Counted from the first letter of the stretch, positions 19,319 through 27,821 are shown. The stretch: 32,000 nt of DNA from Microcystis aeruginosa NIES-2549 (GCF_000981785.2 NZ_CP011304.1:2880001-2912000), one strand, 5' to 3'. A program made the numbers and translations. The notes: generated by a model from the sequence alone, not told the origin.

Positions 19319-20149
19319 ATGGTAATACAATCGGTCAGTTTAACAGTTAAGGACTATAAGTCTAACATTCCCGTGGCCATCTTGTGTGGTGGCAAAGGAA
19401 CCCGACTACGGGAAGAAACCGAATTTCGACCTAAGCCGATGATTGCCATCGGAAATCGACCGATTATTTGGCATATCATGAAAACTTATGCCCAATATGG
19501 GTTAACTGACTTTATGCTCTGTCTAGGGTATAAAGGGGAAATAATCCGGGACTATTTCTTTAACTATGATTGGAATCAAAGTGATGTCCTCTTAGAGTTA
19601 GGCAATAAAAAAGTGACCAAACTCGATAGTGGACACCAGGAGGAAGACTGGCGTATTTGGTTAATTGATACGGGACCCGAAACCATGACGGGAGGCCGTC
19701 TTAAACGTCTCACCCCTTACATAGAGAGAAGTGGAAGCGAGATCTTTTTGGCCACCTATGGGGACGGGGTTTGTGATGTGAATATTGCGGATCTGTTGGA
19801 CTTTCATTACTCTCATGGGAAATTAGCCACGATGACGGCGGTTCGTCCTTCTTCTCGCTTTGGCGAGTTAATCATTGAGGGTAATTTAGTCACCCAATTC
19901 CAAGAAAAGCCCCAAACGGCTGAAGGATGGATTAATGGGGGGTATTTTGTCTTAAATCGCAAGGTTTTGGATTTAATTGAGGGGGATGCGACGACTTTTG
20001 AAGCACAGCCCCTAAGAACCCTGGCTGCTTTGGGAGAACTCGCCGTCTATAAGCATGAAGGGTTTTGGCAGTGTATGGATACTTATCGAGAAATGGAAAT
20101 GCTCAATCACCTTTATGACACTGGACAAGCTAGATGGAAAATATGGTAA
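19319..20149 (+). CDS. rfbF: Glucose-1-phosphate cytidylyltransferase, 276 aa
   Basis: VAILCGGKGTRLREETEFRPKPMIAIGNRPIIWHIMKTYAQYGLTDFMLCLGYKG, with the C-terminal GFWQCMDTYREMEMLNHLYDTGQARWKIW typical of RfbF/DdhA. Confidence 0.9.
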   Translation: MVIQSVSLTVKDYKSNIPVAILCGGKGTRLREETEFRPKPMIAIGNRPIIWHIMKTYAQYGLTDFMLCLGYKGEIIRDYFFNYDWNQSDVLLELGNKKVTKLDSGHQEEDWRIWLIDTGPETMTGGRLKRLTPYIERSGSEIFLATYGDGVCDVNIADLLDFHYSHGKLATMTAVRPSSRFGELIIEGNLVTQFQEKPQTAEGWINGGYFVLNRKVLDLIEGDATTFEAQPLRTLAALGELAVYKHEGFWQCMDTYREMEMLNHLYDTGQARWKIW

Positions 20150-20329
20150 AGGAAGCATTTTAGCCTGGCAAAAAAGTCTTTATTACTGGTCATACGGGCT
20201 TTAAGGGGTCTTGGCTGGCCTTTTGGTTACTCCATCTGGGGGCAGCGCTAAAAGGCCTCAGTTTAGCTCCCAATACCACCCCCGCCTTATTTGACCAATT
20301 AGACTTAGCTCAGAACCTGAGTCATCATA
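20060..20329 (+). repeat. Direct repeat copy 1 (270 bp) of the rfbF-3'/rfbG-5' junction
   Basis: Aligns without gaps to 21956..22225 (offset 1896), with about 13 mismatches by eye (~95% identity). Confidence 0.9.
20134..20329 (+). pseudogene. Truncated 5' fragment of CDP-glucose 4,6-dehydratase (rfbG) with a premature stop
   Basis: Same reading frame as the intact rfbG start at 22030. TGG (22057..22059) is TAG here (20161..20163). Homology ends at 20329. Confidence 0.85.
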
Positions 20330-20422
20330 ACCGAACTCAAGTCATTGACAGATAATCAATCCTTTAATAGCAGGGGGGACTAAGTGGACATAGTGAATTC
20401 AATACATCTCCAGATTAAGCAG

Positions 20423-21703
20423 ATGCTCAAAAAGCCATCAAAAATTGATGGCAGATTTTTGGTAATTGCTGCAGTCTTAGGATATTTTGGGTTATTGTAT
20501 GTAGCTAATTTTTTTGTTCCCTATCACAATTTTTGGTGGAGACTTGGGGTTCCTGCGGCTACAAACCCCTTTATCGATCTTGCAGCCGTATTAGGTGCTT
20601 TTGATTGTGATCGATTGACTGAGGAAGTTTCGCTAACAAATAATTCTTGCTTCAATCAAATATCTTATCCTAGTAGTTGGTCTTCGTTAACTTGGCTGGG
20701 GTTAGAGCAGCGTGATACTATATTTTGGGGAGTTTTCTTTGCTTTAATCTTTTATGGGATAACTTTAATTATCATTGGCAGATTAAATTATCAAGAAGCT
20801 GTAGTTTATGCCCTAATTTTATGCTCACCACCGGTAATGCTTTTAGTGGAACGTGGCAACGTAGATATTGTTATCTATTCTTGGCTGGGTGTCGCACTAA
20901 TGATAATTAAGAATAGCCGAGAATTAATTTTTAGGTTGTGTGCCTACTTATTAATATTTTTTTGGGGAGTTGTTAAACTATTTCCCATTTTCGGTCTGGC
21001 AGTAATTATTAAAGAAAAAAGAAATCTATTTCTGTTCTTGTCGGCTATTTTTACCACTGCTTTTATTACTTATTTTCTCGCTAGTATAGGGCAGTTGAAA
21101 ACTATCTCAAGCGTTCATGATGGGAGAATTTGGTATAGTTTTGGCTATAAAGTCCTCTTTGGTGCAGTCACATATATTCTATCAAAGCTTACTAGCGGCG
21201 AAACTGATCTTAAAAATACGATCATATATATGATGTATATAATTATGATTTTATTTACTATGTCAATCTTGACCAGATTTTTATTGTCGAAATTTAAAAT
21301 TTTTCGAGAATGGCTTAGGTCTGATTTTGTGTCAGCAGATTCGAGCAAATCTTTAGATAAAAGTCCATATATTGATTACTTCCGTCTTGCGGCAGCAATT
21401 CATTTAGGAAATTTTCTTGTTATTGGCATGCTTTATGATTACAAATTAACTTTTCTAATCTTTGCCCTTCCTCAAATCTTGGATTGGATTAAGCAAGAAA
21501 ATCAATTGAGCTTACCTGCCAGTATGGGTTTAGTCGCTATGGTGGCAACCTTTTACGCAAGTCCATTTTTATATCCTTGGTTAGTTGATGAAATGATCAA
21601 TTGGCTCTTAGCTGCCAATTTATTATACATGGCAATTCTCTCTATGCCTGAATGGCTAAAAAGTTTAGTCCATAGGAGATTATCTGGCAAATTTTCCGTA
21701 TAA
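20423..21703 (+). CDS. Polytopic integral membrane protein of unknown function (possibly GT-C-fold glycosyltransferase or O-antigen polymerase-like), about 426 aa
   Basis: The long ORF has roughly 10 or more hydrophobic segments, is visibly AT-rich, and lies inside the insertion between the duplicated rfbF/rfbG junctions. I prefer ATG 20423; the track start 20384 is GTG. The D-rich loop plus SYPSSW after the first TM only loosely resembles GT-C motifs. Confidence 0.6.
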   Translation: MLKKPSKIDGRFLVIAAVLGYFGLLYVANFFVPYHNFWWRLGVPAATNPFIDLAAVLGAFDCDRLTEEVSLTNNSCFNQISYPSSWSSLTWLGLEQRDTIFWGVFFALIFYGITLIIIGRLNYQEAVVYALILCSPPVMLLVERGNVDIVIYSWLGVALMIIKNSRELIFRLCAYLLIFFWGVVKLFPIFGLAVIIKEKRNLFLFLSAIFTTAFITYFLASIGQLKTISSVHDGRIWYSFGYKVLFGAVTYILSKLTSGETDLKNTIIYMMYIIMILFTMSILTRFLLSKFKIFREWLRSDFVSADSSKSLDKSPYIDYFRLAAAIHLGNFLVIGMLYDYKLTFLIFALPQILDWIKQENQLSLPASMGLVAMVATFYASPFLYPWLVDEMINWLLAANLLYMAILSMPEWLKSLVHRRLSGKFSV

Positions 21704-21795
21704 AAGTTTAACCCCGGGCTAATATATAGCAAAATTAGATGAATTGTCAAATCCCCTTAAGCAATTGACATCCTCGGTCAAGTTCCTGTATAGTA

Positions 21796-21850
21796 GCTCC
21801 CAAAGAGTTAGGGGGATGGGTTTAAGCCTTGACGAAAACTCTTTGGGAGC
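21796..21850. repeat. Perfect 14-bp inverted repeat (GCTCCCAAAGAGTT / AACTCTTTGGGAGC) with a 27-nt loop
   Basis: Read directly. It lies 93 nt downstream of the membrane-protein stop and about 105 nt inside the right edge of the insertion. Confidence 0.85.
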
Positions 21851-21955
21851 GATTACTTGCACAAAGCTGCTGCAATTAACTGAAAACCCAGTATAGCGAG
21901 TCTATTTGACTTGTGAACAATAATAGCTCCCCTCTCCTTCCAGGATGAGCCTGAT

Positions 21956-22045
21956 GGGTTTTGGCAGTGTATGGATACTTACCGAGAAATGGAAATGCTC
22001 AATCACCTTTATGACACTGGACAAGCTAGATGGAAAATATGGTAA
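21956..22045 (+). pseudogene. Orphan 3' fragment of rfbF (last ~29 codons)
   Basis: Translates to GFWQCMDTYREMEMLNHLYDTGQARWKIW*, identical in protein to the end of the intact rfbF. A stop codon lies shortly upstream in frame. Confidence 0.8.
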
Positions 22046-22225
22046 AGAAAGCATTTTGGCCGGGCAAAAAGGTCTTTATTACTGGTCATACGGGCTTTAA
22101 GGGGTCTTGGCTGGGGTTTTGGTTACTCCATCTAGGAGCAGAGGTAAAAGGCCTCAGTTTAGCTCCCAATACCACCCCCGCCTTATTTGAGCAATTAGAC
22201 TTAGCTCAAAACCTGAGTCATCATA
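21956..22225 (+). repeat. Direct repeat copy 2 (270 bp) of the rfbF-3'/rfbG-5' junction
   Basis: See copy 1. This copy carries the intact rfbG 5' end. Confidence 0.9.
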
Positions 22226-23148
22226 TAGGAGATATTCGAGAGCCTGAGTTAGTGGCTCGTTTAATCGCTTCATGGCAGCCGGATGTAGTCTTTCATTTAG
22301 CGGCACAACCCCTAGTGCGGCTTTCTTATCTTGAGTCGGTGGAAACGTGGAACACAAATGTTATGGGGACTATTCACGTTTTAGAGGCCCTCAAGAGCCT
22401 GAATCATCCCTGTGCCGCCGTGTTTATTACTAGCGATAAGTGCTATGAGAATCGGGAATGGGTCTATGGTTATCGGGAAAATGACCCCTTAGGGGGTTAT
22501 GATCCCTATAGTTCTAGCAAAGCGGGGGCGGAACTGGCGATCGCATCTTGGCGCAGTTCCTTCTTTAAAACTCCTCAAACCGCCATCGGCATTGCCAGCG
22601 CCAGGGCCGGAAATGTCATCGGTGGCGGAGATTGGTCTCTAGACCGGATTGTACCCGATGCAATGCGGGCCTTGATGAAGTCCGAAGCGATTCCGGTGCG
22701 GAACCCTCTAGCGACTCGCCCTTGGCAGCACGTTTTAGAGCCTTTAGGGGGCTATTTACGGTTAGCTGAGTCGATTTATGAGCAGTTGATGACGGCTAAT
22801 TGGCAGCAAGACAGCCGGGGGTTATATGGGGCGTTTAATTTCGGTCCGTCTCTGACTTCTAATCGTCCGGTTAAAGAGTTAGTTGAGTCTATCCTACAAC
22901 TTTGGCCGGGGACTTGGCTCGATCAAAGTGATCCGAAGGCTGTTCATGAGGCTAAATTGCTTAATCTAGTCACAGATAAGGCTTTCCATACCCTAAAATG
23001 GCAACCCGTCTGGGATTTTCGGCAAACCCTCAAGGAAACCGTGACATGGTATTATCAAGCGGCGCAAATGGACTCTCAAGATAAGGCACAATTCCAGGAA
23101 CTTACCCGCCAACAAATCGAATATTATCAAAGTTGTCTGAGCGATTAG
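22030..23148 (+). CDS. rfbG: CDP-glucose 4,6-dehydratase, 372 aa
   Basis: FWPGKKVFITGHTGFKGSWLGFWLLHLGAEVKGLSL, ITSDKCYEN and YSSSKAGAEL (SDR YxxxK) match RfbG/DdhB. An alternative start is ATG 22039. Confidence 0.9.
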   Translation: MENMVKKAFWPGKKVFITGHTGFKGSWLGFWLLHLGAEVKGLSLAPNTTPALFEQLDLAQNLSHHIGDIREPELVARLIASWQPDVVFHLAAQPLVRLSYLESVETWNTNVMGTIHVLEALKSLNHPCAAVFITSDKCYENREWVYGYRENDPLGGYDPYSSSKAGAELAIASWRSSFFKTPQTAIGIASARAGNVIGGGDWSLDRIVPDAMRALMKSEAIPVRNPLATRPWQHVLEPLGGYLRLAESIYEQLMTANWQQDSRGLYGAFNFGPSLTSNRPVKELVESILQLWPGTWLDQSDPKAVHEAKLLNLVTDKAFHTLKWQPVWDFRQTLKETVTWYYQAAQMDSQDKAQFQELTRQQIEYYQSCLSD

Positions 23149-23222
23149 TGAACTCAAGGCTGATAATAGTGCAAATTAAGTGATAATTAAGTTCAAATTT
23201 CTCCCCTGAAAGGAAATTAACC

Positions 23223-24563
23223 ATGACTCAATCTATTTCTCCCCTCAATACCAATACTGAAGCAGAACTGCGAGAGCAAGTCTTTCAAGCCGTACAAGAA
23301 TATTATAAGCACAAATTTCACCCCCGGGCTTTTGTGGCGGGGCAGACCTATATTCCGGCATCGGGTAAGGTATTTGATGAGCAAGAATTAGTCAAATTAG
23401 TGGATTCTTCCCTAGATTTTTGGTTAACGACGGGCAGATATGCGGCAGAATTTGAGGAACGTTTTGCCCAGTGGATGGGGGTAAAACATTGTTTATTAGT
23501 CAATTCCGGCTCTTCGGCCAATTTAGTGGCCTTAAGTGCCTTAACTTCCCCTAAACTGGGGGAAAAACAACTTAAACCGGGGGATGAAGTCATTACCGTC
23601 GCCGCAGGTTTCCCGACTACAGTTAATCCCATCTTTCAAAATCAGCTAATTCCGGTCTTTTTAGACGTTAAATTACCCGGTTATGACCTTGATATTGATC
23701 AACTGGAATCGGCCTTGTCAGAGAAGACTAAAGCGATTATGATCGCTCATACCTTGGGAAATCCGTTTAATTTAGAAGCGGTGATGGCTTTTGCCGAAAA
23801 ACATGACCTCTGGGTAGTCGAGGATAACTGTGACGCGGTGGGAAGTCTCTATAAAGGGCAAAAAACTGGCACCTTTGGGCATTTAGCAACGGTTAGCTTT
23901 TATCCTGCTCATCACATGACTATGGGAGAAGGGGGAGCGGTTTTAACCAGCGATACCCGCTTGAAAAAGATTGTCGAGTCATTCCGTGACTGGGGGAGAG
24001 ATTGTTGGTGTCCTCCGGGTGTAGATAATACCTGTAATAAGCGCTTTGGTTGGCAGTTAGGAGATTTACCCTTTGGTTATGACCATAAGTACACCTATTC
24101 TCATGTGGGTTATAACCTGAAGATGACCGATATGCAAGCCGCCGTCGGGGTAGCGCAACTGGATAAATTGCCCGGATTTATCAAAAAGCGTCGGGAAAAT
24201 TTCGACTTTTTGCATCAAAAGTTACAGGAGCTTCAAGATGTTTTAATTCTGCCTGAAGCCAGCCCGGATTCTGAACCGAGTTGGTTCGGGTTTCCGATTT
24301 TTGTTAAGGAAAATGCTCCTTTTAGCCGCAATGATTTGGTTAAGCATTTGGAGGAAAAACGCATCGGCACAAGGCTATTATTTGGGGGAAATTTACTGCG
24401 ACAACCTCTTTATAAGGGGTTAAATTATCGAGTTATTGGGGATTTAAGTAATGCCGATAAAATCATGAGTAGTGTTTTTTGGCTGGGCATTTATCCCGGA
24501 TTAACCGAGGAAATGTTAACCTATGTAGCAACGACCATCAGAGAATTTTGTCATGGCCAATAA
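23223..24563 (+). CDS. rfbH: CDP-6-deoxy-L-threo-D-glycero-4-hexulose 3-dehydrase (E1; RfbH/DdhC/AscC-type), 446 aa
   Basis: DegT/DnrJ-fold protein in which the usual Schiff-base Lys position reads [14 protein letters not shown] (His, 23910..23915). It has a C-x-C-x7-C motif [12 protein letters not shown] (24003..24035), as in the Fe-S, PMP-dependent E1 dehydrase. Confidence 0.85.
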   Translation: MTQSISPLNTNTEAELREQVFQAVQEYYKHKFHPRAFVAGQTYIPASGKVFDEQELVKLVDSSLDFWLTTGRYAAEFEERFAQWMGVKHCLLVNSGSSANLVALSALTSPKLGEKQLKPGDEVITVAAGFPTTVNPIFQNQLIPVFLDVKLPGYDLDIDQLESALSEKTKAIMIAHTLGNPFNLEAVMAFAEKHDLWVVEDNCDAVGSLYKGQKTGTFGHLATVSFYPAHHMTMGEGGAVLTSDTRLKKIVESFRDWGRDCWCPPGVDNTCNKRFGWQLGDLPFGYDHKYTYSHVGYNLKMTDMQAAVGVAQLDKLPGFIKKRRENFDFLHQKLQELQDVLILPEASPDSEPSWFGFPIFVKENAPFSRNDLVKHLEEKRIGTRLLFGGNLLRQPLYKGLNYRVIGDLSNADKIMSSVFWLGIYPGLTEEMLTYVATTIREFCHGQ

Positions 24564-24675
24564 AATTACCGAACTTTTGGGACAAAAGTTCAGGTTAAGG
24601 AAAATATGGCGGCTCTTCTCGTTTCTGTGTGGAAGGAAGAAGAATAGGGATGATTTTCCAAAAGTATAATGTTCA

Positions 24676-24696
24676 AAGTCTTGCTAGGCAAGACTT
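24676..24696. other. Perfect 9-bp stem-loop AAGTCTTGC-tag-GCAAGACTT in the rfbH/SDR intergenic region
   Basis: Read directly. A weaker A/T-rich hairpin (GAACTTTT-gggac-AAAAGTTC) lies at 24571..24591, right after the rfbH stop. Confidence 0.3.
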
Positions 24697-24743
24697 CTAG
24701 GAATTATAAGCACTGATTATAGAAAGTCGAGAAGACTCAAAAT

Positions 24744-25679
24744 ATGAAAGTATTGATTACTGGTGCCAGTGGTTTTGTTGGTTCCCATGTAGCAAGGCTT
24801 TTAATAGCCGAAGGGTGTGAGGTACACGCACTTGTGCGAGAAAACGGCGAACAATGGCGAATTCAAGATATTCTTCCATCACTACATTTATGGCAATCTG
24901 ACTTAGTAGCATTTGAAACAGTGAATGCTTATTTACAGAAAATCAAGCCTGAATTGTGTATTCACTTAGCTTGGTATGTTGGGTCAGGAAAACAACTAAA
25001 TTCTCGGGAAAACTTGAATTCATTTCAGGCAAGTCTTAATTTATTCTCTCAACTAGCTGAAGTAGGTTGTAAGCGGTTTGTGGGTATAGGGACTTGTTTT
25101 GAGTATGATTTCAATCTAGGATATTTTTCTGAATCAAGTCCGACAAAACCCATCACCTTATATGCAGCGACCAAGGTGGCACTATTCACTATTTTACAAC
25201 AACTAGCCCAGAGCGCCGAAGTAGAGTTAACATGGGTTCGTTTGTTTTATCAGTATGGTCCAATGGAGGATGAGCGACGGTTAATTCCGTCGGTTATTTG
25301 TTCACTGCTGCGGGATGAAGTGGTAAAAACAACTAAAGGTGAACAAGTTCTGGATTTCCTTCATGTTGAGGATATAGCATCGGCAATTTGGGCAGTTGCG
25401 AAGAGCAACGTTTCAGGTGTAGTTAATGTTGGTTCTGGTCAACCTGTAACCGTTGGACAAATAGCACTTGAACTTGGTAATTTATTAGGTAAACCTGATT
25501 TAATTCATCTGGGTGCTTTACCTTACCGTCCCAATGATCCCATGTTTATTTGTGCTAATAATGAGTTGCTTAGGAGAAAGACTGATTGGACACAAAAATA
25601 TAATTTAACGACGGGATTAAAAAATACAATTGAATGGTATAAAGACCATTTAAACATAAATAAAATTGAGGAAATTTAA
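24744..25679 (+). CDS. NAD(P)-dependent extended-SDR epimerase/reductase (candidate CDP-3,6-dideoxyhexose synthase, RfbS/RfbJ-like), 311 aa
   Basis: MKVLITGASGFVGSHVARLL (GxxGxxG) and YAATKVA (YxxxK). The position immediately after rfbF-G-H suggests the 4-keto reductase step. The specific sugar cannot be assigned. Confidence 0.7.
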   Translation: MKVLITGASGFVGSHVARLLIAEGCEVHALVRENGEQWRIQDILPSLHLWQSDLVAFETVNAYLQKIKPELCIHLAWYVGSGKQLNSRENLNSFQASLNLFSQLAEVGCKRFVGIGTCFEYDFNLGYFSESSPTKPITLYAATKVALFTILQQLAQSAEVELTWVRLFYQYGPMEDERRLIPSVICSLLRDEVVKTTKGEQVLDFLHVEDIASAIWAVAKSNVSGVVNVGSGQPVTVGQIALELGNLLGKPDLIHLGALPYRPNDPMFICANNELLRRKTDWTQKYNLTTGLKNTIEWYKDHLNINKIEEI

Positions 25680-25680
25680 G

Positions 25681-26628
25681 ATGAGTAAAAAATTAATTAG
25701 TGTTGTTACTCCCTGCTACAATGAACAAGATAATGTTGAGTTTTCATATACTGAGGTCAAAGATATTTTTGCAAGATTAGGAAAGTATGAATACGAACAT
25801 ATTTTTATTGATAATGACTCTCAAGATAAAACAGTCAGTATATTAGAGAAAATCTCTCAAAGCGACTCTAGAGTCAAAATTATCATTAACGCTAGGAATT
25901 TTGGCTTTGTTCGTTCTACCTATTACGGCCTCTTACAAGGAACTGGAGATGCGGTTATTTTAGTCTTCGCCGATTGTCAAGATCCTCCCGAACTAATCGT
26001 CGATTTTTTAGAAAAATGGGAGGAAGGCTATCAAGTTGTTAAAGGAATTAAAAGCTCGAGTCAAGAGAATTCTTTGGTCTATGGTATAAGAAAATTTTAT
26101 TATTTTTTAGTTAGGACTCTATCAGAAGAGATTGACTTAACTGCTAATTTTACGGGCTTCGGTTTATATGATCACAAAGTGATAGAAGCATTGCGTTTGA
26201 TCGATGATCCTTATCCCTACTTAAAGGGTCTTATTTCAGAAGTCGGTTTTAAGAGCACTAAAATCGAATATCATCAGCAAGTCAGAAAACGAGGTAAGAG
26301 TAGTTTCAATTTTTATCGAATGTACGATCTGGCAATGCTGGGCATCACTACCTATTCTAATTTTCCGCTAAGATTGGCGACAATGATCGGGTTCGCTCTA
26401 TCTCTAGTGAGTTTTCTGGTCGGTCTGGTGACTTTGATTTTGAAGCTTCTGTTTTGGAACCTTTTCCCCATAGGAATAGCAGCGATCATTATCGGATTGT
26501 TTCTTTTTTCTTCTGTACAGTTATTTTTTATAGGTATTTTAGGAGAATATATTGGTTTGATAAATAGACGAAGCTTAAAAAGACCTCTAGTGGTAGAGAG
26601 AGCGCGAGTCAACTTTGATATTAAATAG
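25681..26628 (+). CDS. GtrB/ArnC/DPM1-like family 2 glycosyltransferase (polyprenyl-phosphate sugar synthase) with two C-terminal TM helices, 315 aa
   Basis: ISVVTPCYNEQDNV...IFIDNDSQDKT...FADCQDPPELI, plus a C-terminal hydrophobic pair (LATMIGFALSLVSFLVGLV...IAAIIIGLFLFSSVQLFFIGILGEYIG). ATG 25681 is preceded by GAGGA. The track start 25666 is TTG. Confidence 0.85.
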   Translation: MSKKLISVVTPCYNEQDNVEFSYTEVKDIFARLGKYEYEHIFIDNDSQDKTVSILEKISQSDSRVKIIINARNFGFVRSTYYGLLQGTGDAVILVFADCQDPPELIVDFLEKWEEGYQVVKGIKSSSQENSLVYGIRKFYYFLVRTLSEEIDLTANFTGFGLYDHKVIEALRLIDDPYPYLKGLISEVGFKSTKIEYHQQVRKRGKSSFNFYRMYDLAMLGITTYSNFPLRLATMIGFALSLVSFLVGLVTLILKLLFWNLFPIGIAAIIIGLFLFSSVQLFFIGILGEYIGLINRRSLKRPLVVERARVNFDIK

Positions 26629-26676
26629 TGAACAGTATTTTTAGACAATTTCGTACCGAAATGAGAATTTATTAAC

Positions 26677-27685
26677 ATGGAACGCCATACTAAAATCAGA
26701 TTTATTAGCACAATTATAGTTATAGGCTTTGCCATCGCCGTTTTTTATCACTACAGGATGGGAGCTTATTTAGGCAATCAACATCCTCTTAATACTTTTT
26801 TATTTACACCTAACGATAAGTTTAATGACTTTTGGAACATGGTTAAATTTATCAAAGAACTTAATCCCTACAGAAGTGATGTTTATATTTTTGGTATATA
26901 TAGCAAAGAGCGGGGTGGTTAGGACAATCAATCGCTGAAACCCTTGACCGATAAGAGTTTGAAAATTGAAAGCGTCCTAACTAACTCGTTCTATGCCATA
27001 TTATCCATTGGGGGAGTTATTTTTCTTCCCGTTTACTATATTTAAGAGCAGAGATTTAGCACTATTAGTATTTTTGAGTATTTTTGGCTCTACCGAACCT
27101 GTCATGTAAAACTATCAACAATTCGTGCTTGTAAAGTTTGTATACTAAGGCTTTGAGTTTTTGTTAGATTGATATTTATCAACTTTAGAGCATTGCTGGG
27201 CAGAGAGGGAGCTTGAGGAATTTTCTACAGTGTAAGTTCGGAAGAACCTTTTTGATTGGGTTTCACTACTTTTGAGACCCTATTCTGTACTATCGTTAAT
27301 AATAGTAGGATTGGTAAGTTTATACATTCTGACTAAGGAGAAACTTTTCTGGAAAAAACTAGCTCTTTTAGTTTTTGTGATGAATGTTATCCCCCCCACA
27401 TCAGGAGATTATCGACTGCTCAATCTTTTTATTCCTTTGGCTTTTTTTATTAATGAACCAAAGTCAAGTAAGTTTGATTTAGCCTATCTGATCCTGTTTG
27501 GTCTTTTGCTCATTCCCAAAAATTACTTTATTATTCCAGCCATGACCGATATCGGACTTAGCATAGGAGTTATTATTAATCCATTGTTAATGTTAATATT
27601 TGGGTTTTTGATTATTAAGGAAGGATTAAGTAAGACAACAAGAGATATACCCAAACAAAGCCTTGATAGGTCAGTTCGAGAATAA
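26677..27685 (+). pseudogene. Fragmented membrane protein gene, probably a GT-C-fold (DUF2029-like) glycosyltransferase partner of the GtrB-like enzyme
   Basis: There are three co-linear pieces. Piece 1 is 26677..26922 (TM helix, then PNDKFNDFWNMVKFIKELNPYRSDVY). Piece 2 is 26981..27109 in the +1 frame (MPYYPLGELFFFPFTIF...ALLVFLSIFGS). Piece 3 is 27236..27685 (four or more TM segments). The DF...NPY...YPPL-like pattern resembles GT-C enzymes. Several stops lie between the pieces. Confidence 0.45.
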
Positions 27686-27741
27686 GTTTAACCTGATTGC
27701 CCAATTGTGAGAGACAATAGACAAAATATGACTAATACTGA

Positions 27742-27783
27742 CAATTGAGAGCGCTAGGGGTTGACATTGATGATAGTTTATGA
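27742..27783 (+). pseudogene. Orphan remnant of a Uma2-gene C-terminal tail (QLRALGVDIDDSL*)
   Basis: caattgagagcgctaggggttgacattgatgatagtttatga parallels the tail ends of the genes ending at 28541 and 29448 (LRALGVEVDDSV*). An in-frame TGA immediately precedes it. Confidence 0.6.
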
Positions 27784-27821
27784 TAGGAAAGTAGCACCAG
27801 TTGTTCACCCCAACTAATCCA

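Noticed and set aside
19101-19319. 72-aa minus-strand ORF upstream of rfbF
   Set aside because: It starts with TTG overlapping the rfbF ATG. It has no recognisable motifs and the region contains hairpins, so it is treated as intergenic.
26352-26735. 127-aa minus-strand ORF
   Set aside because: It is antisense to the C-terminal TM region of the GtrB-like gene. It is a hydrophobic mirror-frame artefact.
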